Assembly (NCBI GenBank): GCA_963768145.1
Contig: CAVYHK010000034.1
Location: 40,537 to 104,536, forward strand
Source of the DNA: an uncultured Bacteroidota bacterium
GTDB taxonomy: Bacteria; Bacteroidota; Ignavibacteria; Kryptoniales; JAKASW01
Length of the DNA: 64,000 bases
Direction: 5' to 3'
Every line of letters starts with the position of its first letter. Positions within the stretch are counted from its first letter, which is position 1. The notes below the pieces were generated by a model. The model was given only the letters and a program-made list of their open reading frames with translations. It had not been told where the DNA came from and did not search any database. Of this stretch, positions 9,479-18,266 are shown piece after piece. Position numbers and translations under genes: made by a program.

Positions 9479-10582
9479 TCAGTCTCGGTTGGGAGCTCGG
9501 TGTTTGGAGCTCGGAGGTTTTTGATTCAGATAAAACGCTGCTGAAAGCCAGCCGCACCAATGTTTGTAGGATGCCGGCGCGGTCGTTCCCATGCCGGTAT
9601 TCTTCAACGGAAGGACTCCTTCAGTGTAAGAATCGGAATAGCGGAGCAATTTCCCAACGAGAATTTTGCCGGTTGACTTCTCAATAACTTTCTCAGTTGT
9701 GATAAGTCCGAATGGGACAGAATATTTTCCGCACCAAACGACATTCTTGAGCTGGATAGTAAGGTCGTTGATTATCTGCGGCGTCAGAATTCCATCAAAG
9801 TGTTGATGTGCAATGCGGCGATCCTGGTCGGTTGCTTCTTCATGCGCCTTTGCATCTTCACCGAACGGAATATTGTTGAAGTCACGTCCATAATGGTCTG
9901 CGTCAGATGACATCAGAAAAGCAATATCCTTTCCCGGGATGAGGTGGTTCTGTTTCATGTAATCGGCAATTATTGTCGATAGCTGATCTGAAATCGTGTC
10001 CATCCTTCCGAACGACATCTGTGTCACCATGATTGGAGTGATTTTTATGTCCGGGTTATAGTACTGAAGAAAGGGAAGCAGTGCCTCAATTGAATGTTCA
10101 AGTGCGTGTGCCTTGTTGCTGACGATGAAGCAAGCTGTGTCCAATCCACTTTTTATGAGTTCACGGAGCGGCGAGATGGAAATGTTGTGGTCAGGGCCAT
10201 GCCAGAACTCGAAATTGTCGAGTATAATGATATTGTGCGGGTCGCCGATTTCGGGGCGCACGGTGCCGTGCGTGACTCCGAAGATGACAACCTCCTTTGC
10301 CCGAAGGACACGGTAGAGCGGGTAATACACTCGCGCTGCATAAAGATAATCGTCGTGAGGCGATATCGCCGCAACAATATGCGAAGTCGCCACTCGGGCT
10401 CTATCGATTGTTTTCAGATGATTGATGAGCCTATTCATCTGGATTGAATCCCAGCAAAATCCTACATTGTCCCTGATTGGGCGGACATTGCCAAATACGG
10501 TGTCTTTCACCTGCGCGGATGAGGTTGAACAGGTGACTGAAAGAAAAACCAGGAAGGCCGCAGCTAATACAAACCGTTTCAT
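9479..10582 (-). CDS. MEMO1 / AmmeMemoRadiSam system protein B-like, secreted
   Basis: Signal peptide (MKRFVLAAAFLVFLSVTCSTSSAQ). MEMO-type metal-site motifs ISPHDDY, FGVTHG and SSDADHYG. Confidence 0.6.
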   Translation of the reverse strand: MKRFVLAAAFLVFLSVTCSTSSAQVKDTVFGNVRPIRDNVGFCWDSIQMNRLINHLKTIDRARVATSHIVAAISPHDDYLYAARVYYPLYRVLRAKEVVIFGVTHGTVRPEIGDPHNIIILDNFEFWHGPDHNISISPLRELIKSGLDTACFIVSNKAHALEHSIEALLPFLQYYNPDIKITPIMVTQMSFGRMDTISDQLSTIIADYMKQNHLIPGKDIAFLMSSDADHYGRDFNNIPFGEDAKAHEEATDQDRRIAHQHFDGILTPQIINDLTIQLKNVVWCGKYSVPFGLITTEKVIEKSTGKILVGKLLRYSDSYTEGVLPLKNTGMGTTAPASYKHWCGWLSAAFYLNQKPPSSKHRAPNRD

Positions 10583-10693
10583 GATTCCTCGCTCTTTTGT
10601 TAAATGTAAAAGAATTCTGCCAAATCTTCATGGTTTACCCAGCGGCTCGCACACTAAAATATTTTCTTCAGTGGTTCGTCTTAAATATAGAAA

Positions 10694-11275
10694 GTGCAAA
10701 TTAGCTTAGTGACAGAAAACGCGAAACAAATCGAAGCCACTATCGAGAAAGAAAAGGGAAGGCTTTACACCTTCATCAGGCGAAATGTGCCTACTAGAGA
10801 AGATGCGGAGGATATTCTCCAGGACGTTCTTTTCCAGTTTGCATACGCTTTTGAGAGCATAGAGTTCATTGACAGAGTTTCTTCGTGGCTCATCAGAGTA
10901 GCGAGAAACAGGATTATCGATTCTCGAAGAAAGAAGAAACCGCTGGTTTTCCGAGATGTGAAGATCAAGACACTGGATGGCGAAGCGGGTGATTCGCTTT
11001 CGATCGAGGAGATAATACCGAATTTCGATGGGCTGCCCGAGGAGGTGTTCTGGCAGAATCAAGTTTGGAATGGGATTGAAGAAGCCCTCGATGAGATGCC
11101 TGATGAGCAGCGCGAGGTTTTTGAGATGAATGAGTTTGAAGGTTTAAGCTTCAAAGAGATTTCTGAAATAATGGAAGAGCCGATCAACACGCTTTTATCA
11201 AGAAAGCGATACGCGGTTCTATTCTTGAGAAAACGTTTGAAAAATCTATATGAGGAGTTAAAAGACAATGTGTAG
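10694..11275 (+). CDS. ECF-type RNA polymerase sigma-70 factor
   Basis: Region 2 (EDAEDILQDVLFQF, RVARNRIIDSRRKK) and region 4 (MPDEQREVFEMNEFEGLSFKEISEIMEEPINTLLSRKRYA). Confidence 0.85.
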   Translation: MQISLVTENAKQIEATIEKEKGRLYTFIRRNVPTREDAEDILQDVLFQFAYAFESIEFIDRVSSWLIRVARNRIIDSRRKKKPLVFRDVKIKTLDGEAGDSLSIEEIIPNFDGLPEEVFWQNQVWNGIEEALDEMPDEQREVFEMNEFEGLSFKEISEIMEEPINTLLSRKRYAVLFLRKRLKNLYEELKDNV

Positions 11276-11588
11276 CAGATATGGACCCTGGCGCGGACCG
11301 AGAAGAGCATGGTGGTTCATCTTCGGCTTGCCGTTCATTCTTTTATTTGTTGCGGCTGGAAGCTTTGTTCTGATGTTACTTTGGAACTGGCTGCTTCCGA
11401 CTATATTTGGAATAAAGATGATAGATTTCTGGCAGGCAGTCGGCTTGCTGATCCTGGCAAAGATTCTGTTCGGAGGAGTTCACAGAAAGCCGAGACCGTT
11501 CTACGGACATCCGCGTCACTGGGAACGCTGGAAGAAATGGCACGAAGAGGAATCCGAATCGTCGGAACCTGAAAGTCCAAAAGAATAG
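11268..11588 (+). CDS. Small two-TM membrane protein translationally coupled to the ECF sigma gene (possible anti-sigma)
   Basis: Its ATG overlaps the sigma stop (ATGTGTAG, 8-nt overlap). It has two hydrophobic helices and an R/H/W/K/E-rich tail (HRKPRPFYGHPRHWERWKKWHEEESESSE). Confidence 0.5.
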   Translation: MCSRYGPWRGPRRAWWFIFGLPFILLFVAAGSFVLMLLWNWLLPTIFGIKMIDFWQAVGLLILAKILFGGVHRKPRPFYGHPRHWERWKKWHEEESESSEPESPKE

Positions 11589-11684
11589 ACAGTTGCCGCA
11601 AAAATGGGTCCGCCAGCCTGTGTCGACTCGAGCCGGCTGAAAACCACTGAGCAGAACTTCCTGCCGACAAATTAAGGCTGTCAA

Positions 11685-11958
11685 ATGAGTTATTTAATCG
11701 CTTCGGATAGTAAGACGATGGAGACCAGCGTAAGCTCCTGTTTTGGCACAGCACCGTCCTTGCTAATCTATGACGACGATACGAATACTTTGGATGCCAG
11801 AGCAAATGATGGAACTTTAGATTTATATCTTGTGATTCGAGGTAAAGCGAAAGCCGGAGCGAATAGGCTCGCGATGGAACCGAAACTTCAAGGGACTACT
11901 GGCCCGTCAACTCAGCAACAATGGACTTTTGCGAAACGCGATAATCATTCGTACCTGA
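11685..11958 (+). pseudogene. Possible small NifX/NifB-family (FeMo-cofactor-binding-like) protein, apparently frameshifted
   Basis: The N-terminus MSYLIASDSKTMETSVSSCFGTAPSLLIYDDD matches the family start (IA.aSd....vs.hFG.Ap.f.iyD). The C-terminal-like segment LARQLSNNGLL is in frame 1 and ends at TGA 11956-11958. The exact junction is not resolved. Confidence 0.3.
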
Positions 11959-13186
11959 GCGATTCCACTGGATCGACGCTGGCGGCACGACGGGCGGGGA
12001 AGACTCCTGCAAATAATCCGATCGTGGTCAAGATGACCACTGTGAACAGCATGATGCCTATCGACAGTATCGGTCTGCCGAGAAACCGCATCGGCCCCTC
12101 GCTGGTGTTGATTAGCCCCATCGCACTTACAATTCCCCATGAAAGCAGAAGACCGAGCGTTCCGCCCATCAGCGAAAGAAAGAGAGCCTCGAACACGAAC
12201 TGCGAGAGTATGTAAACTCGTTTTGCTCCTACCGCTATTTTTATCCCGATTTCTCTAGTGCGTTCTTTGACAACTACGTACATGACGTTTGCGACGCCCA
12301 CGCCGGCAATCATGAGCGTGAAGAATCCAATTACCCCGAGGAAGATCGACAGACCGAGGGTTATTTTCTGGATAATGCCATCGATAATAACAGTGTCGAA
12401 TATATTAACGGCGCGTTCATCTGTCGGATCGAACCGGTACTTTGATCCGAGCACTCTGTATATCTCCGATTTCATCTGCTCTTCCATGTTGGGGGCTCCG
12501 GGTTTTAACAAGATGGAGTTTACATATTGATATCCGTAAACCATCTTGAATGTCGAGTATGGTATTACCGCCCGTCTTGAATCAGGACCATTGTTCATCG
12601 AAGTCTGGAGCTTCTTTTGCATGACGCCGACGACCGTGAATGGAACGTTATCGAGCAGGACAACTTTGCCGACGGGATTCTCTTCTTTGAAAATATCCTT
12701 TGCTATTTCCTGCCCGAGGAAGAGGCTTCGCTTTTGGTATCGGATGTCGTTTTGATCGATAAAGCGGCCGCCGCTTTGCGGATGCATGGCACGCATGTCC
12801 TCAAAATCCTGACTGGAGCCTTCGCATTCGGTGGTCAATCTTGTTTTGCCGTATGCCAGCTCGACATTCTTTCTGTACTGCGGGCTTGCCATGATTATGT
12901 TCGGCACAGCTTTCGTCAGCAGTTCTACATCGCGTTCTTCAAGGTTGATTGTACGTCCTTTCGGCAATCCCTGGAATACTTTTCCAGTCTGGCCGTTGTA
13001 GATAATCATGACACGGTTGAATGCATTGACCATTCCGGATCTCATTGCTACGCCAAAACCGGATCCGAATGCAAGAAGCAGGACGACGGACATCGTACCC
13101 CAGGTGATTGCGACAAGGGTCAGGATTGCCCGCATCCTGTGGTTATTCATGTCGATGAAAAATTCTTTGATTAGTTCGGCAAACAT
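11945..13186 (-). CDS. ABC transporter permease, MacB/FtsX-type
   Basis: N-terminal TM, a large periplasmic MacB_PCD-like domain and a C-terminal FtsX 3-TM bundle (VKERTREIGIKIAVGAKR). Confidence 0.8.
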   Translation of the reverse strand: MFAELIKEFFIDMNNHRMRAILTLVAITWGTMSVVLLLAFGSGFGVAMRSGMVNAFNRVMIIYNGQTGKVFQGLPKGRTINLEERDVELLTKAVPNIIMASPQYRKNVELAYGKTRLTTECEGSSQDFEDMRAMHPQSGGRFIDQNDIRYQKRSLFLGQEIAKDIFKEENPVGKVVLLDNVPFTVVGVMQKKLQTSMNNGPDSRRAVIPYSTFKMVYGYQYVNSILLKPGAPNMEEQMKSEIYRVLGSKYRFDPTDERAVNIFDTVIIDGIIQKITLGLSIFLGVIGFFTLMIAGVGVANVMYVVVKERTREIGIKIAVGAKRVYILSQFVFEALFLSLMGGTLGLLLSWGIVSAMGLINTSEGPMRFLGRPILSIGIMLFTVVILTTIGLFAGVFPARRAASVDPVESLRYE

Positions 13187-13203
13187 CTCGTCCTTATCGC
13201 TTA

Positions 13204-14439
13204 TTAATCTCTGAGGCAGTCCACTACATTCAGATCTGCCGCGCGTCTCGCGGGCATCATGCCTGCAAGAAGTCCGATCACTGCTAAAATGCTGACGGTG
13301 GCTATGACGACAGGCGTCGACAGCTCCGGGGAGCCAACATAGTCCTGGATAGGAGCGTAGCGGAGAAGGGCAACAATTCCATAACCGATGGCAAAACCGA
13401 TTCCCGCGCCGAGTCCGATGATCATGAAAGTCTCAGCGAAGAACTGCAGTAAGATGGTTGTCTTCCTCGCTCCGACGGCGCGCTTCACACCTATTTCCTT
13501 TACACGTTCCTTGACGACAATGAACATTATGTTTGCGACTCCAAGTCCGGCAACTCCGAGAGTAAAACTCCCTATGATCCCGAGGAAAAGTGTGAACCCA
13601 ATGGTGATATACAGAAGAATATTTTCGATTTCGACCGTGTTCCAGATGAAGATCGCGTCCTTGTCAGCCGGATCGAACTTATACTTGGATGAAAGGGCAG
13701 ACCTGACACCCTGTTCGACTGCGGCAGTCTCGTTGGGGTTCGCTGCCTTATAGATGAGATCGGTGATGTATTCGGTCCCGAACATCGCAGTGTAGGTAGT
13801 CGCGGGGATGAATACCCTGTCTTGATCCTGCACATAGTAGTTGGAGTTTTGATTCTTAGGCTGCATGACCCCGATGACCGTGAATGGTGTCTGCTCGATG
13901 AAGAAAATCTTCCCGACGGCATCTTTTCCATCGAACAGGTAATCCTTCACCTTGTTTCCAAGCACCGCGACTCTCCTTCGTCCGGCTATGTCCAAGGTAT
14001 CGATGAATCTGCCTCCTTGTGTTGGGATGATATTTCTCATTTGCTCATACTGAGGATAGACTCCCGTGATGCCCGGGCTGGTGATGTTGTTGCCGTATCT
14101 CGCCGGAGTCTGTGTCTGTATGTATTCCGGGCAAACCGTCTGGATGTCCCTGACCTTTGCCTTCACAATCGCTGCAGCATCTTCCGTGAGACGTATTGCA
14201 CGCCCTATTCCGAATCCCTGGTAGGGCTTGGTCGTCTTGTTGGGGAAGATGACGGAAATGCTTTCACCCATTCCGTGCATGTTAACCATCGTCTGCTTTT
14301 TAAAGCCGAGTCCGCAAGAGATCAGCACGATGATTGTCACCGTTCCCCAGATGATCCCAAACATTGTCAGGAATGCCCGAGTCTTTTGAGCTCGTAGGTC
14401 TGCGAAGAACTCAGAGATAAAACTTATAAGCTGCTTCAT
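13204..14439 (-). CDS. ABC transporter permease, MacB/FtsX-type
   Basis: Paralog of the downstream gene (VKERVKEIGVKRAVGARK; C-terminal ...PARRAADLNVVDCLR). Confidence 0.8.
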   Translation of the reverse strand: MKQLISFISEFFADLRAQKTRAFLTMFGIIWGTVTIIVLISCGLGFKKQTMVNMHGMGESISVIFPNKTTKPYQGFGIGRAIRLTEDAAAIVKAKVRDIQTVCPEYIQTQTPARYGNNITSPGITGVYPQYEQMRNIIPTQGGRFIDTLDIAGRRRVAVLGNKVKDYLFDGKDAVGKIFFIEQTPFTVIGVMQPKNQNSNYYVQDQDRVFIPATTYTAMFGTEYITDLIYKAANPNETAAVEQGVRSALSSKYKFDPADKDAIFIWNTVEIENILLYITIGFTLFLGIIGSFTLGVAGLGVANIMFIVVKERVKEIGVKRAVGARKTTILLQFFAETFMIIGLGAGIGFAIGYGIVALLRYAPIQDYVGSPELSTPVVIATVSILAVIGLLAGMMPARRAADLNVVDCLRD

Positions 14440-14448
14440 GGCGGTGTG

Positions 14449-15561
14449 TTATTCGATTTTTGCGACTGGTTTTTCGAATACCTTGTCGCCCTCCTTCAAG
14501 CCGGAGATGACCTCAATATCTATGGCGTCACTCAAGCCTGTCTTTACGGAATGTTCCTCTGATTTGTTCCCAGAAAGTGCGAGTGTGACAAAGGAAGAAT
14601 CGTTTCGGAACGTAACGATGCGCTCAGGAACATAGAGTACGCTGGTTTTCTTCTGAATAATAATGTCCGCATTTGCAGAGTAACCGGCCCGGAGTGCGAT
14701 GTTCTTCGTTGGTGCAATTGATATTTCGATCGGAAAGACTGAAGCGTTCTCTTTCTTCTCCGCTTCGAGCCAGATCTTTGAGAGTTTTCCACTAACCGTA
14801 TCTCCGGGGAGCGCACCAACTCTGAGTTCTGCCGACATTCCTTCATGGAGTTTCCCGACATCTATCTCGTCAACGGTTCCTTTGAAGACCAGATTCTTCA
14901 TGTTTGCCATCTTCATCAGAACGGTTCCTTCCTGATACGAGGTCAGTGGCGTGACGGGATCACCGACTTCCACTGTACGTGTCAGTACGTAACCGTCTAT
15001 CGGCGCGTAGATTATCGATTCTATCTTCGTGTTGTCTATTGTAACTTTGCCGCTCTGCATCAGCTCAAGCTCGTCCCGTGCGATCTTGACGTGCAGCTCA
15101 GACTCCCTATATGCCTTCTGTGTGTTTTCAAAGTCCTGTTCTGAGATCAGAGATCGCTTGTGCAGAAGGTCCTGACGATTCAGCTCCTTGGAGATGTTAT
15201 CGAAGTCAACCTCCGCCAATTCCACCTGCCGTTTCGCGTCTGCCAACTCAACAGGGGTGGGATCAGGTTTTACTTCGAGCAGTGGATCACCCGCGTGAAC
15301 GTATGCACCGACATCGACGAATAATCTTCTGACCGCTCCGCTCACACGCGATTTTACGGAGATCTCGTTTTCAGGCTCGATAGTCCCGACCGCCAGTGCC
15401 TTTTCCATGATCGTACCGCGCTGGACATTTACTGAGGGGAGTGCGTCCTTGTCTCCGCTGTTCTTTGACTTCGTTATAACGAATGCGACTGTGGCAAGCA
15501 GTACAACCGCAACGGCGATTATGACATATTTTCTCTTTTTACTTTTGTGTGTGTTTGCCAT
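14449..15561 (-). CDS. Efflux periplasmic adaptor (HlyD/MFP family)
   Basis: N-terminal TM anchor, a coiled-coil hairpin region and barrel-sandwich segments typical of MacA-like adaptors. First gene of the operon with the two permeases. Confidence 0.85.
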   Translation of the reverse strand: MANTHKSKKRKYVIIAVAVVLLATVAFVITKSKNSGDKDALPSVNVQRGTIMEKALAVGTIEPENEISVKSRVSGAVRRLFVDVGAYVHAGDPLLEVKPDPTPVELADAKRQVELAEVDFDNISKELNRQDLLHKRSLISEQDFENTQKAYRESELHVKIARDELELMQSGKVTIDNTKIESIIYAPIDGYVLTRTVEVGDPVTPLTSYQEGTVLMKMANMKNLVFKGTVDEIDVGKLHEGMSAELRVGALPGDTVSGKLSKIWLEAEKKENASVFPIEISIAPTKNIALRAGYSANADIIIQKKTSVLYVPERIVTFRNDSSFVTLALSGNKSEEHSVKTGLSDAIDIEVISGLKEGDKVFEKPVAKIE

Positions 15562-15738
15562 GTTTGCAGCTCTCTTTTAAGTCTCGTTGCATGATACGGA
15601 AAGATGACGAATTGGTTTCGGCAGTTTGAGGGTCGAGAATGTGATCTCTCACAGCGTATGTCGTCTAGCTCAGACCTTGAGAAGCAAAATCAAATCAGCA
15701 GCACCTGCAGGTCGAAGCGCATCAGTATGATGGCATGT

Positions 15739-17998
15739 CTATTTTTCCAGAAGCATCTTTCTCACTTGTGTAAATGCCGGTGTTGTCAGTCGGTAAAAGT
15801 AAACGCCACTAGACAACTTGGAAGCATCAAAAGTAACGCTATGTTCACCGGCAGGCTGGACAGCATCGACCAACGAAATTGTCTCTCTCCCTAAGATGTC
15901 ATACACTTTCAAAGTAACGTGGCTGACGGACGAAAGCTGGTAACTGATGGATGTCGCCGGATTGAATGGGTTCGGGTAGTTCTGATTCAGAGCAAACTCA
16001 TGCGGCCGGCGATCAATGGCTGCACCGACCGAAGTCACGGTCTGAGCACTGCGAAAAACTCCCGTCTCAGTTGCGGCATAAATGTATCCGAGCGAATCTG
16101 AGGCAAGACTGCTTACTTCTGAACCTGTCAAGCCGGAATTCAATTGTACCCATGTGCCCCCCGCAGTGTCCAACCTGAAAACTCCGGCGTCGTATGTTCC
16201 CGCAAAGACTGAACCGTCTTGGGCGCTGACCAGCGACAATACATCATGGCCGGACAAGCCGCTCAAATTCCAGTGAAGCCCATAGTCTGCAGACAGGTAA
16301 ACGCCGTCGGTACCTGCGTAAATACATCCAGGTACCGCAGTACCATGCGGCCCATGGGGGATGCAAAATGATGTCACCTTGTAAGAATTTTCCAAGCCGC
16401 TGATGTCCAAGAACCAGGTCGCGCCGTCATCACTCGACCTGAAAACGCTGTACCAGCCTCCTGCAAAAACATAGCCGCCAGAATCACCACAAGTATCACA
16501 GGGCAAGAACGCGTAACCACTAACTTCATTACTCCCCGCCCCGTAATCAGCACTTCCAGATATCCAAGTGGTCCCGCCATCGGTGGAGGTATAAACGCAG
16601 ACTGCTGCCGGTAGTGAGGAGCAAACCCAGTGTATCCCCCGGAACGTTCGTGCACAGGGCGGCGATACCACCGGAGTAACGTGGTGCGCCATAAAGTGAA
16701 TCCCAATTTGTTCCTCCATCTGAGGACCAAAAAATCCCATTATCCGTTATCGTGTACAATCTTCCCATCGGTCCGGCAGAAATCTGATAATCCCAATACT
16801 CGTAGGTATGAGTGATTCCATCGTTTGCTGACGTCCAGTTGCTGCCGTTGTCTGTCGAACGGTAGATGCCGTTGCCGCTTGTGCCTGCAAAAACATAGCC
16901 AGCCTGGTTAGTACCGTTGCGGGGTTTCGCGACAGCGAGACACTGAACCGTGAGAGTCGCCATTCCGTACGTTGGGTGAGACCAGGTGGCACCGTAGTCA
17001 GTTGAGCGATAAATCCCATGTGAACCGGTTCCCACAAGGATTGTGTTCCCGCGGGAGGCGAGCGAAGTTATGTAATAGTCCGCCGTGTCGATGCTAACGT
17101 GAACCCAGCTTGTGTCGCCGGGAGGCAATTTGTAGAGTCCTTCATACGAGCTGCAATATAAATCTGCCGATGTGTCGGAGGCAAATCGTCTGCAAACGGC
17201 GAGCAGGCCGCCTCCAGGTCCCGTCGGACCAGTGATATATCCTTTTCCCGTGTCGCCGTTCGCGCTGTAGAACATGATGCCGTTCCAGGAAGTGCTCACT
17301 GCCACATCGCCATTGGGCATGATCGCAAGCGAACCTACCTCTTGTCGGATGTCAATATAACCTCCACCGAAGCCGGTCCATGTTAGACCGCTGTCTGCCG
17401 ACATCGCGACGGAGAGGCTGTAACCGACATATATGTTGCCGCTGGGAGCTACTTTCAGGGAATATACAGCGGATGTTCCGGCAAATACCGGCGACCATGT
17501 ATTTCCCAAATCCGATGAGCGAAAAAGTCCTGAGGATGTACCGGCATATACAAAGCCTTTCGGTCCCATTTCGAGTGAACTCACCCAACCGGAGCTATCG
17601 AACTCGTTGAATTTGAAATCGGAATTGACAAGAGACCAATTGCCTGTGGGTCCGCTTGATCGAAACATCCCGCTATCTGTCGCGACGAGCATCGCGCCGC
17701 CGGGTAGTGCAGCAAAGGCTTCAATATAGAAATTTGTAAGCCCAGTGTTATCCTGCGTCCAACTCGATCCGTTGTTGTTTGAAACGTAGATGCCGAATGA
17801 GCTGACTGCTGCGTAAATATTCCCAAGTGGATCAAAGGTAATAGCGGCTGCATCGCCTCCGCCGTAAGGCCCGGCGCATTGACGCCAGAAGTTAGATTGA
17901 GCGGTCGCTTCATTGAATAAAGTCAGCAGAACAATAGCCCCGCCTATCAGGGACAACCTTTGTGCACGCAGGGGAAAACTTTTGAAAATCTCTATCAT
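15739..17998 (-). CDS. Secreted BNR/Ycf48-like beta-propeller repeat protein with T9SS C-terminal sorting domain, single-base frameshift
   Basis: Signal peptide. About nine SxDxGxxW repeats are spread over both ORFs (16547..17998 and 15739..16740). The C-terminus is NQNYPNPFNP...VYDILGRE...SGVYFYRL (Por_Secre_tail). The ORFs join cleanly (..CTNVPG|IHWVCSS..VYTSTDGGTTW) if the C5 run at 16636-16640 is shortened by one base. Confidence 0.8.
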
Positions 17999-18266
17999 GG
18001 CAAACCTCCACTTTTCCAGCGCGGCTGAAGGGACTCTCAGGCTGCAGGCTGATGGACCTCCAGATCAGAACACCCAACCGATAGGTCCGAGGTCTTTCGC
18101 GTTGTCCAATCGAACCACGGGTGCTTGAGCGATTAGGATTGAGTGACTTTGCCGCTATGCCACTTCTTAGAAACTCGGCAACAGTCCTACCTGGCAATTT
18201 AAATACCTACCCCTCACCATTCCAGTCAATCGCTGATATAAAGAAAGCCATTCCAGGCATCTTGCA

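Noticed and set aside
12617-14397. 185-aa and 191-aa plus-strand ORFs (12617..13174, 13822..14397)
   Set aside because: They are antisense to the two MacB-type permease genes. They are Asp/His/Arg-rich shadow frames.
16374-17037. Additional overlapping minus-strand ORFs (16374..16730, 16747..17037) inside the BNR-repeat gene
   Set aside because: They are alternative frames of the same gene. Only the two frames carrying SxDxGxxW repeats are meaningful.
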